DNA of 64,000 bases from an uncultured Methanosarcinales archaeon (lineage in GTDB: Archaea > Nanobdellota > Nanobdellia > Woesearchaeales > CAZYIM01): contig CAZYIM010000003.1 in NCBI GenBank assembly GCA_964647565.1, forward strand, positions 1 through 64,000. The letters run 5' to 3'. Below the pieces are notes generated by a model. It did not search any database, was not told where the DNA came from, and worked only from the letters and a program-made list of their open reading frames with translations. The position numbers were made by a program, and so were the translations under genes. Of this stretch, positions 51,001 to 61,117 are shown piece by piece. The stretch's first letter is position 1. Each line of letters starts with the position of its first letter.

Positions 51001-52061
51001 TAGATAAGTCAAAGCATTACCAAAGGATGTTCCAGGGAGGCGGACATTGGTATATCTTAGCAGACATCTTCATAAATAATTACAAGAGCATGGATGTCCT
51101 GGTCACTTTCATTGATAATAGATATACGACCTATTTACCCAAGGCAAATGAGAAAAAGGCACTTGATGATGGTCTCAAACTGTTTTCAAGTCCTAAGCTT
51201 TTCAAAGCATATGCTGATGGCTATATGAAATTCAGACAATTATCAGACAAGTTTTTTCAAGGATTAAAGAAACCAATATCCAGATCAGGACTAAAAAAAG
51301 CAATGGATATTTTCATTAAGAACTTCTATTATTATTCAAGGACAGAGTACTTCTACCTAGATAAGGCATTCCAGAATTCAACCAATAATCCAACCTTGAA
51401 GAATAATCTTAAACAAATGGAGAAAATCAAGTTTGACGGCAGAGCTTTCATGAACAAGATATTTCTTGAAAAAAATGGATATCTGGTCAAAATAAAGAAA
51501 ATATTATCCGCCCAATTTGATATTGAAGGGGATGCGTTCCAGATGTACTCAGTCAATGAGATGTTAAATCTCTTTGACGGTTTCAGATTGAGTGATGCAG
51601 AGATTAAAAATAGAGCGAGAGCTTATTTGATGATGTTCAATAACAATAAAATCGATTATTATGAAGGTGAAACCGCTGAGAAAATGATAAAAGAGTTCAC
51701 GGATGATCAAAATCTTAGCAAATCAGAACTTAAAGGTGTAATTGCTAGTAAGGGCAAAGCTGTTGGCAAGGCCAGGATTATAGAATACAATTTCAACTTT
51801 GAAAAATCCAAAAAGACCATTGACGCAATGAAAAAAGATGAGATCCTGATTGCAGAAGTAACATCGCCAGAATACATGGTTGCATGCCAAAAGGCCGCAG
51901 CAATCGTTACCAACCAGGGTGGTATGCTTTCCCATGCCGCTGTTGTGTCCAGAGAGATGGACATTCCCTGTGTTGTCGGCACTGGCAATGCAACTGCTGT
52001 CTTCAAGACAGGTGACATGGTCGAGGTTGATGCAGATAATGGTGTGGTGAGGAAGATATAA
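50997..52061 (+). CDS. Array gene 3 (short class): helical domain + phosphohistidine swivel domain
   Basis: TNQGGMLSHAAVVSREM; ATGA overlap. Confidence 0.9.
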   Translation: MIDKSKHYQRMFQGGGHWYILADIFINNYKSMDVLVTFIDNRYTTYLPKANEKKALDDGLKLFSSPKLFKAYADGYMKFRQLSDKFFQGLKKPISRSGLKKAMDIFIKNFYYYSRTEYFYLDKAFQNSTNNPTLKNNLKQMEKIKFDGRAFMNKIFLEKNGYLVKIKKILSAQFDIEGDAFQMYSVNEMLNLFDGFRLSDAEIKNRARAYLMMFNNNKIDYYEGETAEKMIKEFTDDQNLSKSELKGVIASKGKAVGKARIIEYNFNFEKSKKTIDAMKKDEILIAEVTSPEYMVACQKAAAIVTNQGGMLSHAAVVSREMDIPCVVGTGNATAVFKTGDMVEVDADNGVVRKI

Positions 52062-53347
52062 TGGAAATGCGCAATAATCCCTCTAAATGGTATTACTGGG
52101 GAAGATGGGTTTCAGTAATGCTTTTCACATCTCAATGGATTGATTTCAAAAAGACAACCACTTTCAAGGAGATGGGATTAGGTTCACTTTCTGGTTCTAT
52201 GAAGCTATTAAACAGCTATTATTATTTATTTAAGGAAGATGTTGAATACGTAAATAAGATCATTATTGAAAAATTTGAAAGGGATCGTAGTTGGTTTGAC
52301 AGGCTCTTCCTATTATTTGATCAACAAACAGTAGAAATGAATGAGTTGGAGAACAAAACTGATCTGAAGCAGTTTATCCTGACCCTGAAGGATTATCTGG
52401 GTGGGGCAGTGCTGATTGCATTCATTGACATCTGCCTGGAAAACTATCTGAATAAAATGTGCGCACAAAAGAAAATTCCTTTATTTCTGATAAATGCTCA
52501 TATAAATATCCCCAGGAACACACCCTTAATGGATTACAAAGATAGACTGAGAAAATTAGACAAAAGCAGGCTGAATGATTATGTAAAGGAATTTGCCTGG
52601 GTTGGAACTCATGGATTCCAGGGCACAAACTTGACAAAAGCCAAGGTTTTAGCTGAGTTAGAGTCCTTAAGTCCAATACAAACGGAAGTTGTTTTGGAAA
52701 TACCTGCCGGATTTGAAGATATAGTTCGGATTACCTCAGAATTGGCATACCATCGTGCAAACATAATAGAGACTGCTGACAAAATTAGCTTTGGCTATTG
52801 GACGCAGCTTAAGAATTTGGGCAAGCAGCATGATTTATCCTTTATTGAGATTGTCTCTCTGACTTCTGATGAACTGGTTAACTTGATTGATAATGGTACT
52901 ATACCGATCCATCTTAGCCAAAGAAAGAAATATTTTGGACTGATCCAGATAAATGGTAAAAAAGAGGTTTTATTAGGAGCGAAACTCAAGATGGAATTGG
53001 ATATTCATGATACTACACTAAAAGTTAACCTGCTGGAGGGTGTTACAGCCTATCCTGGAAAAGTCCAAGGAAAAATAACCACTATGAGGGATGTGAATGA
53101 TTTTGGAAAGATTAAGGAAGGAGACATCCTTGTTGCTCCTGAGACCACTCCTGATTATCTTGTTGTGATGAATAAAGCAAGTGCGATTGTGACAGATAAT
53201 GGAGGATTGACATGTCATGCTGCGATTGTGGCCAGAGAGATGAAAAAACCCTGTGTGATCGGAACTAAAGTTGCCACTCAAGTCTTTAAAGATGGTGATA
53301 TGGTCGAGGTTGATGCAGATAATGGTGTTGTGAGGAAGATAGAATGA
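52061..53347 (+). CDS. Array gene 4: helical domain + phosphohistidine swivel domain
   Basis: TDNGGLTCHAAIVAREM; TAATG overlap. Confidence 0.9.
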   Translation: MEMRNNPSKWYYWGRWVSVMLFTSQWIDFKKTTTFKEMGLGSLSGSMKLLNSYYYLFKEDVEYVNKIIIEKFERDRSWFDRLFLLFDQQTVEMNELENKTDLKQFILTLKDYLGGAVLIAFIDICLENYLNKMCAQKKIPLFLINAHINIPRNTPLMDYKDRLRKLDKSRLNDYVKEFAWVGTHGFQGTNLTKAKVLAELESLSPIQTEVVLEIPAGFEDIVRITSELAYHRANIIETADKISFGYWTQLKNLGKQHDLSFIEIVSLTSDELVNLIDNGTIPIHLSQRKKYFGLIQINGKKEVLLGAKLKMELDIHDTTLKVNLLEGVTAYPGKVQGKITTMRDVNDFGKIKEGDILVAPETTPDYLVVMNKASAIVTDNGGLTCHAAIVAREMKKPCVIGTKVATQVFKDGDMVEVDADNGVVRKIE

Positions 53348-54759
53348 ATAAAGAGAATTGGATGGTAGTGGTATCTTTTAGGACAGAGCTTCTGACAGAA
53401 GCTCTTCTTCATAAGGGTTATAGGGAAGGCATCCCTGAAATGTTTCCCAAACTGCCTTCTTTCAGGAACCGAATGATCATTGATAATGATATCTACATAG
53501 ATCTAAATGAGATCAACAAGTTGAAAGAGTACATCAACCAAGATATATTCAAGAAAGGAAATCATATCTACAATACGATCAAAAACCAAATCCAGATATT
53601 TCTTGATTTTGTTCAAGAGTTGGATATTACAAGCAAAATTCCTACAGAGGAGCTTATAGAAACAATAGAGGACTTTTTACAGTTATATAAATATGCGGTT
53701 GGACCTATAGGACTTCCAACCACAATAGATCTTTTGCTTGATGAAAAAATTGTAGAAATGCTTGAAAAAGAAGGTTTTAATGATGTTGAGCAGAGTTTCA
53801 ATAAAATCGCTATCTCCAAGAAAAGTATTGAGACCAACCAGGAGCATCTTGACTTGCTGGACCTGGCAATAAAATTAAAGGGAATTTCATCAGATTCTGC
53901 TAAATTTATTGGTTTGGTAGAAAAACATTCTAAAAAATATGGTTGGGTGAGGTCTACCTTATTACAGATCCATCCCTATGACTCGCAGAAGATAATTGAT
54001 GAGATTAAATCGATTAAAGATCCTGAAAAGGAAAAAGAGAGGCTTTTGAAGCAGAGGGCAGAACAGGTCAAGTCAGCGAAAGAGATAATTGAGAAAATCA
54101 AATCTTCTGAGGGCAAGGCTCTTGCAAGGTTTTTGCAAAAAGCAGTCTACTACAGGACTGCACGATTGGAATGGTTAAACAAGGCCTGTTATCTTAGTAA
54201 ACCTTTGCTGGATCAAGCTGCTCATATTTTAGGCATAAAATATGATGAATTGATTTATTTGCTGCCTGAAGAGATTATTCAAGGCCTTAAAGCAGGGCAG
54301 CTGGAACTGGACCCTAAAACTATATGTGAACGGATGAAAGGCTATGCCTTTGTTTCTGATAATAATGTAGAAAACATACTTTTCACTGGAAAAGAGCTTG
54401 AGAAATTAAAACAACAGTTTTCAAAGTCTGAAGAAGGCGATATGATCCAAGGTATGGTAACCTGTAAGGGGAAAGTAGAAGGACGCGCCAAGATAATCAA
54501 AGACAGGAGGGATCTTGCTAAGATTGAAGATGGGGACGTTCTAGTAACTCGCTTGACCACACCCGATTTCATAGTAGCCATGAAAAAGGCAGTTGCAATA
54601 GTCACGGATTTAGGCGGTATCACATCTCATGCAGCCATTGTATCCAGAGAACTCGGCAAGCCCTGCATTGTCGGTACAGGTAATGCGACAAAGGTCTTTA
54701 AGGACGGCGATATGGTAGAGATTGATGCCAACAAGGGTATTGTGAGGAAGATTACATGA
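53344..54759 (+). CDS. Array gene 5: helical domain + phosphohistidine swivel domain
   Basis: TDLGGITSHAAIVSREL; ATGA overlap. Confidence 0.9.
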   Translation: MNKENWMVVVSFRTELLTEALLHKGYREGIPEMFPKLPSFRNRMIIDNDIYIDLNEINKLKEYINQDIFKKGNHIYNTIKNQIQIFLDFVQELDITSKIPTEELIETIEDFLQLYKYAVGPIGLPTTIDLLLDEKIVEMLEKEGFNDVEQSFNKIAISKKSIETNQEHLDLLDLAIKLKGISSDSAKFIGLVEKHSKKYGWVRSTLLQIHPYDSQKIIDEIKSIKDPEKEKERLLKQRAEQVKSAKEIIEKIKSSEGKALARFLQKAVYYRTARLEWLNKACYLSKPLLDQAAHILGIKYDELIYLLPEEIIQGLKAGQLELDPKTICERMKGYAFVSDNNVENILFTGKELEKLKQQFSKSEEGDMIQGMVTCKGKVEGRAKIIKDRRDLAKIEDGDVLVTRLTTPDFIVAMKKAVAIVTDLGGITSHAAIVSRELGKPCIVGTGNATKVFKDGDMVEIDANKGIVRKIT

Positions 54760-55871
54760 ATTTGAATAAAGAATCTATAAAACACTATCTAAGACAACAT
54801 AAAATAGATGATTTTCTATTAGAGTTCGAAGCAGAAGGATTAAAATTGTTATTTCAGGAGTTGATGTACGAACATTATTATCCTGAAAAATCCTTGATGA
54901 TTTTTAGAAATAATATTGTTAAATCACTGATACTCAACTCAGTATGGAATAATAAAGGGGAAGAAGGCATTAAAAAATTATCCGATCCTGAGGACACAAC
55001 GTTCAAAGATATTGAGGTAAATATTAAAAAATTGAAAAATGAAATATCTGTTTTAGCAACAAAAACTAATCTTACTAAGAATGATGTAATATCTGCTTTT
55101 GAAATATTTGAGAATGCTGCTCAAGAGTATGCTTTTTTTAACATGGCCCATTTTGAGAAAGCCTACGAATGTTCTGATAAAAATGAGATCCTCTCAAAGA
55201 ACATAGGAATCGTAGAAAATTTAAAAGATAAAGTTAAAGTCGATTTTAATAAAATATTCTTCTTTTCAGATTGTTATTGGACTGATCTTCTAAAGAAAAT
55301 ATGTGGCCAATTCAATATTGATGAAGGGTTGATTGAGTGGCATATGAAAGAAGAGTTATTAGCTCTATTTGAAGGAGAAACAGTTTCATCAAATGAGATT
55401 GAACAAAGAAAAAGAGCTTATGTTTTTTATGAGTTTGAAAATAAAAAATTGTTTATTAAAGGTGACGTTGCAGATAGATTTATCTCTATTCTTGAAAATC
55501 AACAACAGAATGAACGGACTTCTGAAATATTTGGTATGGTTGCGAATGTCGCTTCTGGTCAAGTGATTGGCAGAGTTAAAATTATTAATGTGAACTACGA
55601 TGATCTTACAGAGACTCAAAGAAAAATGAGTGAGATGGATGAAGGGGATATTCTGATCTCTCGCACAACAGATCCTAATCTGCTTAGTGCTTGTAAGAAA
55701 GCAGCCGCCATTGTAACTGATGTGGGAGGTATGCTTTCCCATGCAGCGATTGTCTCAAGAGAGTTAGGGAAACCATGTATTGTCGGAACAAAGATCGCAA
55801 CAAAGGTACTGAAGGATGGTGATCTAGTTGAAGTGGATGCAGACAATGGCGTTGTGAGGAAGATTACATGA
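54756..55871 (+). CDS. Array gene 6 (short class): helical domain + phosphohistidine swivel domain
   Basis: TDVGGMLSHAAIVSREL; ATGA overlap. Confidence 0.9.
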   Translation: MNLNKESIKHYLRQHKIDDFLLEFEAEGLKLLFQELMYEHYYPEKSLMIFRNNIVKSLILNSVWNNKGEEGIKKLSDPEDTTFKDIEVNIKKLKNEISVLATKTNLTKNDVISAFEIFENAAQEYAFFNMAHFEKAYECSDKNEILSKNIGIVENLKDKVKVDFNKIFFFSDCYWTDLLKKICGQFNIDEGLIEWHMKEELLALFEGETVSSNEIEQRKRAYVFYEFENKKLFIKGDVADRFISILENQQQNERTSEIFGMVANVASGQVIGRVKIINVNYDDLTETQRKMSEMDEGDILISRTTDPNLLSACKKAAAIVTDVGGMLSHAAIVSRELGKPCIVGTKIATKVLKDGDLVEVDADNGVVRKIT

Positions 55872-57199
55872 AATTAGAAATTAATCCGTTGGATTATGAA
55901 TTTGTTTTTCAAATGATGAGTCTACCATATTTTCATAATATATTCTTTAACAAAGGTGCATATCGTGATGCAGACTCAATTATCACTTATTATGATAATA
56001 CATGGAAATATTATATTGCTTATAGAGATAGAGATCGTTTGGCTGATATTGGCTTGAATATGCTAGAGCATGGGATGGTTCAATTCAGAAAAAAAATTCA
56101 CAGGATTCTTAATAGTGCTAAAATTTTTTTCCCTGAGATTGAAAAAACAGATTTTTCAAAATTTAGTGATAAAGAATTTATTAAAGAACTTGAGAGATTT
56201 ATTAAACTGTTTCAACAATTAGGAGATATCTTTTCCTACACAGAATACTTTATGTTTTACAAAGCCCAGGAAAAAATACAAAAGCTAGTTTCAAATGAAA
56301 CCCTGATTAGTTCACCCAAGGAAACTGTTCTTTCCCGAGAATTTTATGATAAGTGTAAATTAGCCCTGAACCAGTCTAAAAAAGCTCTTCTGGAGCATGT
56401 GAAGAAATATAGTTATATCAATTATAATGAAGGCGGCAAGACTCTTACTCTTTCAATATTGAAAAAAGAGCTGAAACAAATCAAGAATCCTAATAAAGAG
56501 ATTGATTTGATTGACAAAAAACATAAAGAGATATTATCAAAAAGGGAAAAGAGCGCTCTTGCTGATGCTATAAGAGAGATGTCTGAACTGAAATTCCTGA
56601 TCCGATGCTATATTAACAAAACTGTATTTGGGGAACGATTGATCAATAAATACTTGGCTGAGATTAGCAGAAGGACTGGGGTGGAGAATCCTGAAGAGTA
56701 CCATTATACTGAGACCATTGATTTATTGAGCAAAAAGAAGGTGAAAAAAGCTTCCAGAAAACTCTTTGTTTTGGGAAAATTTAACAATTGGAAACTTATT
56801 GAAAAAAAGCAGGCATTTGTACTGATTAAAGAGTTGGATAAGTTGACTGAAGTAAAGACAACAGAACTCAAAGGTTATGTTGGCAATAAAGGCTATTATG
56901 TGGGTAAGGCAAAGTTATTGCCCATGGATACAAATGTTGACTTGGCAAAAGAAATCGATAAAATGGATAAGGGAGATGTGCTAGTAACAATCTCTACTGG
57001 ACCAGAGATGATCAAGGCATGTCATAAGGCAGGCGCCATTGTAACTGAAGAGGGTGGCGTATGTGCTCATGCTGCGATTGTGAGCAGGGAACTAGGAATC
57101 CCCTCTGTTCTGGCTACTAAAGTCGCGACAAAGGTCTTTAAGGACGGCGATATGGTCGAGGTTGATGCCAATAATGGCATAGTGAGGAAACTGAAATGA
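55868..57199 (+). CDS. Array gene 7: helical domain + phosphohistidine swivel domain
   Basis: TEEGGVCAHAAIVSREL; ATGA overlap. Confidence 0.9.
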   Translation: MKLEINPLDYEFVFQMMSLPYFHNIFFNKGAYRDADSIITYYDNTWKYYIAYRDRDRLADIGLNMLEHGMVQFRKKIHRILNSAKIFFPEIEKTDFSKFSDKEFIKELERFIKLFQQLGDIFSYTEYFMFYKAQEKIQKLVSNETLISSPKETVLSREFYDKCKLALNQSKKALLEHVKKYSYINYNEGGKTLTLSILKKELKQIKNPNKEIDLIDKKHKEILSKREKSALADAIREMSELKFLIRCYINKTVFGERLINKYLAEISRRTGVENPEEYHYTETIDLLSKKKVKKASRKLFVLGKFNNWKLIEKKQAFVLIKELDKLTEVKTTELKGYVGNKGYYVGKAKLLPMDTNVDLAKEIDKMDKGDVLVTISTGPEMIKACHKAGAIVTEEGGVCAHAAIVSRELGIPSVLATKVATKVFKDGDMVEVDANNGIVRKLK

Positions 57200-58701
57200 A
57201 ATTTCATCAAGTGTTGAAAGAGATCGAGAAACATACATGGTGGTCTGAGGATGCACCTGCCACCATCCAGACAGTGGTCACCCTGTTCCATTGTTTCTTG
57301 AGACAGCATGATGTCATCTCTGCGAAACTTCTGACTAAGATGTTTGTTGGTATGAAAGGAGATTTCCTCTATGAGAGGACACCTGAGGATGAAAAGCTCC
57401 GGACATATAAGATATGCTTTAATAGGATGAAAAAGGATCCTGATTTTATAGACAAGTGCAGGACTGATTTCAACAAGAGATTGAAGCAAGTCTTTAGAGA
57501 GGGTGATAAGTTCATAAAAAATAGGACATCTATGACTGATCAAGAGTTGGGGAAATCTTATAAGAAATTCACTTCAGATTATGTAAATAACCTTTCCTTT
57601 GCTGCCACAATTGAGGGTGTTGATATTTTCACTGCATATCATCTTGAAGATGAGGTTAAAAAAGAGATCGGTGTTTCTGATGTAAAAGTCAGGGATATCA
57701 TTAGTACTTTGTCTCTTTTCACAGAGTTAAGCTTTATGGAGAAGGAGAGGCTAAATTTCCTTAGATTCTGTCTGAAACATTTTAAAGATATTAGATCTAA
57801 AAACAAAACATCTGCTTTGATGAGAGATTTGGAGAAGCACTCTGATTTGTTTTCACATAGCCTGAATAATTTCAAGAACATAATTTATCTTGACACCCAA
57901 TTTTTCTTGAAAAAGACCCAGCAAGAGATCAAGCGTGGAAAGACAGAGTTGAAAAAAGAGTATGACAGCCTCCGGACTAAGATAACCAAGCTGAAAATAA
58001 AACAGGAAAAAATCTATGCGCTCTATGACTTTTCAGATGATCTCAAACTCCATTTCAAGATGATAAGGGCTTTGGGTTATAGCGCAGATAACAGGAAATC
58101 TAATCTGATAAAGGCCAACGAATACCTCAAATTCTATTGTGATGAGATATCAAGAAGATTAGGGATTGGTTGGGACGATTTGAAGCTTTATACTTTTACT
58201 GAACTGAGTGACTTTTTGTTGAAAGGATTTCGGCTTACAAAAAACGAACTCAAAAAAAGATCAGATTTGGTTGTGATTGTATTGAATCTGGAAGGGAAAC
58301 GGGATGTTAAAGAGACTATGTTCTATGGAAAACAGGCTGAAGAAATTCTTAGAAGGACTGCTCATCAATCTGACTCAGATGAACTTGAAGGCCAGATTGC
58401 TTCTGCGCCTGTAGAGTCTCTGCGGGGGAGAGTAAAAATAGTCTTGGATGTTTATGAGACCAAATTCAAGAAAGGTGAGATTCTTGTTACGACCATGACC
58501 CGGCCGGAGTTTGTGCCCTTGATGAGAAAGGCCTCTGCGATCATAACAGAGGAAGGAGGATTAACATGTCATGCGGCCATCCTTAGCAGGGAACTGCAAG
58601 TCCCATGCATAATTGGCACCAAGGTGGCGACAAGATTATTGAGAGATGGCGACCTGGTTGAGATGGATATGAAGAAGGGGATTGTCAGAAAGATAAAATG
58701 A
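57196..58701 (+). CDS. Array gene 8: helical domain + phosphohistidine swivel domain
   Basis: TEEGGLTCHAAILSREL; ATGA overlap. Confidence 0.9.
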   Translation: MKFHQVLKEIEKHTWWSEDAPATIQTVVTLFHCFLRQHDVISAKLLTKMFVGMKGDFLYERTPEDEKLRTYKICFNRMKKDPDFIDKCRTDFNKRLKQVFREGDKFIKNRTSMTDQELGKSYKKFTSDYVNNLSFAATIEGVDIFTAYHLEDEVKKEIGVSDVKVRDIISTLSLFTELSFMEKERLNFLRFCLKHFKDIRSKNKTSALMRDLEKHSDLFSHSLNNFKNIIYLDTQFFLKKTQQEIKRGKTELKKEYDSLRTKITKLKIKQEKIYALYDFSDDLKLHFKMIRALGYSADNRKSNLIKANEYLKFYCDEISRRLGIGWDDLKLYTFTELSDFLLKGFRLTKNELKKRSDLVVIVLNLEGKRDVKETMFYGKQAEEILRRTAHQSDSDELEGQIASAPVESLRGRVKIVLDVYETKFKKGEILVTTMTRPEFVPLMRKASAIITEEGGLTCHAAILSRELQVPCIIGTKVATRLLRDGDLVEMDMKKGIVRKIK

Positions 58702-60116
58702 AAAAATCCAAAAATAAATGGTGGCATTGGTTTGAAAGAGGTGCAGTGCCAGTCATCTACTGCAATCTTCGGGACTCGCCTCATGCATATCGAAAAGAGT
58801 TTTTTGATTTTGCAAAAACTTATTTGCGGCATATCTTTATCTGGCATCAGAACAAGACCTGGCTCTATTGGCGGCAGCAGGATCTTGATAATTTTGCAGA
58901 GTTTCTAAAACAGCAAATCTTGGACAATACAGATTTCTTGGAGCAATTGGAAAAATATCACTATGCACATGCAGAAGCATTGATAGATTATTGCAAGGAT
59001 TTTCATAATATGGATTTTTCCAAGAAGACAGACAAGCAGCTGCTTCAATACTTTGAGAAGTTTGAGAAACTCTACAATGAACTTGCACTTTATACCTATA
59101 TTCCTGTTATCGGCACTTTTCCTCTTGAAGGTATCTTAGAGCCTTACCTGAAAAAGAAGCTAAAGAAATCAATGAGTTATGGCGTTTGCTTCTCTTTGCT
59201 AACACATCATGGCCACAAATCCTGGTCGAGAAAAGAAGAGGAGGATCTGTTCGAGATTTCCAAATGTCAAGATGCTGATAAATTGCTTGATGAACATACT
59301 GAGAAGTTTGCATGGTTAAATCTGGGTTATAAGTTCCTTGGAAAGCCATTGACTAAGGAATATTTCAAGGAAAAGCTCGAAAAGATAAAAACTTTAGAGC
59401 CTTTGCCCAAGGATATTGACATTAAGACAGAAAAACTGGTCAAAGAGCTTGATATTGATGAAGATCATCAGCTCCTGTTTAAGGCTTTGGGCAAGATCAT
59501 CTGGCTGAAGGAATACAGGGACGGGATTTACACTTGGTCGCATCATGAATTCAATTTCCTGATAAAAGAGATCCTAAAAAGATTCAATATTCCAAAAGAA
59601 GCAGGTTTCTATATGAAGATCTGCGAATACAAAGATGTGCTCAAAGGGAAAGATTTTGATACTGATTGCATAAAGAAAAGAAAAGCAACATTTGTCTGGC
59701 TTTGGGATGATACGGAATATTACTATGAGGGTGAATCTGCCAATAAGAAACTGGCAGAAGAATTGGATGGCTGGAACCTTGAAGCTGAAGACAGGGATGT
59801 TATACAAGGCTCAGTCGCATCCCCCGGCAAAGTACGCGGAGTTGCTAAGATTGTTGAAAACGAATCACAGTTAAGCAAGGTTGAAAAAGGGGATATCCTG
59901 ATAACCTACATGACCAAGCCCAGCTTTTTGCCTGCAATGGAAAGAGCAGCTGCGATTGTGACCAACGAAGGCGGAGTGACATGCCATGCAGCTATTGTAT
60001 CCCGAGAGATGAAAAAGCCCTGTGTGATCGGAATTAAAGTTGCCACTCAAGTCTTTAAAGATGGTGACATGGTTGAGGTTGATGCAGATAAAGGTGTAGT
60101 TAAGAAAATAAAATGA
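58698..60116 (+). CDS. Array gene 9: helical domain + phosphohistidine swivel domain
   Basis: TNEGGVTCHAAIVSREM; ATGA overlap. Confidence 0.9.
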   Translation: MKKSKNKWWHWFERGAVPVIYCNLRDSPHAYRKEFFDFAKTYLRHIFIWHQNKTWLYWRQQDLDNFAEFLKQQILDNTDFLEQLEKYHYAHAEALIDYCKDFHNMDFSKKTDKQLLQYFEKFEKLYNELALYTYIPVIGTFPLEGILEPYLKKKLKKSMSYGVCFSLLTHHGHKSWSRKEEEDLFEISKCQDADKLLDEHTEKFAWLNLGYKFLGKPLTKEYFKEKLEKIKTLEPLPKDIDIKTEKLVKELDIDEDHQLLFKALGKIIWLKEYRDGIYTWSHHEFNFLIKEILKRFNIPKEAGFYMKICEYKDVLKGKDFDTDCIKKRKATFVWLWDDTEYYYEGESANKKLAEELDGWNLEAEDRDVIQGSVASPGKVRGVAKIVENESQLSKVEKGDILITYMTKPSFLPAMERAAAIVTNEGGVTCHAAIVSREMKKPCVIGIKVATQVFKDGDMVEVDADKGVVKKIK

Positions 60117-61117
60117 AGAAAACAACATTTAAGAAATTTTATACGCGGGAAAGATCCTTGTTCTATTTCTATATCTGGCAGATTGCAGAGCTTAATACTC
60201 CTGAAATGGAGTTCACCCGAATTGTCATTAGGTTCAAGTCCGATGAGCAGCCTAATGTCTGGTATGATCCTAAAGAGTTAGACAGGTATTGTTGTCTTGT
60301 GAAAAAATGGTCGGATGATTTTGATTTCGTTAAAAAAGAGGTTGATAATTATTTAGCCATTACAAAACAATTAGATGAGTATATCCAAGGAATCAGACCA
60401 TTGAAGACTATACAGGATTTAAAAAAACTTAAAGACTTGTATCTTGAGTATTGGCCACGCTTGTCTAATGTCTTTTCGATCCCAGATTTTAGTGAAAATG
60501 ATCAATCCAAACAATATGCTCTTAAGGTTCGCGCAGAGACAGAGAGGTTTTCAGATGAAATCAATGACCTTATTGTCAATTTTGTTATTAAAAGGTTTCC
60601 AGAGCTCAAAGAGTTTGTTAATGTGATACTTCCTGAAGAGATTTTCAATCTTGAAGATGAAGAGTTTAGAAAAAATATGCGGCCAGATCTTATGAAACGC
60701 CGTAACAATACATTCTATTTTTATAATAATAAGATATATTTTGAAGAAGAGTTTAAGAAGCAGGATGTCTGGCTAAAAGAAGAAGAGCCCGAATCGAATG
60801 ATTTTGCAAAAGGAGAAGTTGCTTTCAAGGGAGTTACTACTGGCACAGCCAGGGTTGTAAACCTGCAAAAAGATCTTGAAAAAATCCAAGACGGAGATAT
60901 CCTAATAACCCAGATCACAGCCCCCTGCTTTGTGCCTTTCCTAAAAAAGGTGAAAGCGATTGTTGCAGATGAAGGTGGAATAGCAAGCCATCCAGCAATA
61001 TTAGCAAGAGAGCTAAAGATACCTTGTATTGTTGGCACTAAATATGCTACCAAGATATTCAAAGACAACGATTTGATTGAAGTGAACGCAGATAAAGGAG
61101 TAGTAAGTAGAAAATGA
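60113..61117 (+). CDS. Array gene 10 (short class): helical domain + phosphohistidine swivel domain
   Basis: ADEGGIASHPAILAREL; ATGA overlap. Confidence 0.9.
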   Translation: MKKTTFKKFYTRERSLFYFYIWQIAELNTPEMEFTRIVIRFKSDEQPNVWYDPKELDRYCCLVKKWSDDFDFVKKEVDNYLAITKQLDEYIQGIRPLKTIQDLKKLKDLYLEYWPRLSNVFSIPDFSENDQSKQYALKVRAETERFSDEINDLIVNFVIKRFPELKEFVNVILPEEIFNLEDEEFRKNMRPDLMKRRNNTFYFYNNKIYFEEEFKKQDVWLKEEEPESNDFAKGEVAFKGVTTGTARVVNLQKDLEKIQDGDILITQITAPCFVPFLKKVKAIVADEGGIASHPAILARELKIPCIVGTKYATKIFKDNDLIEVNADKGVVSRK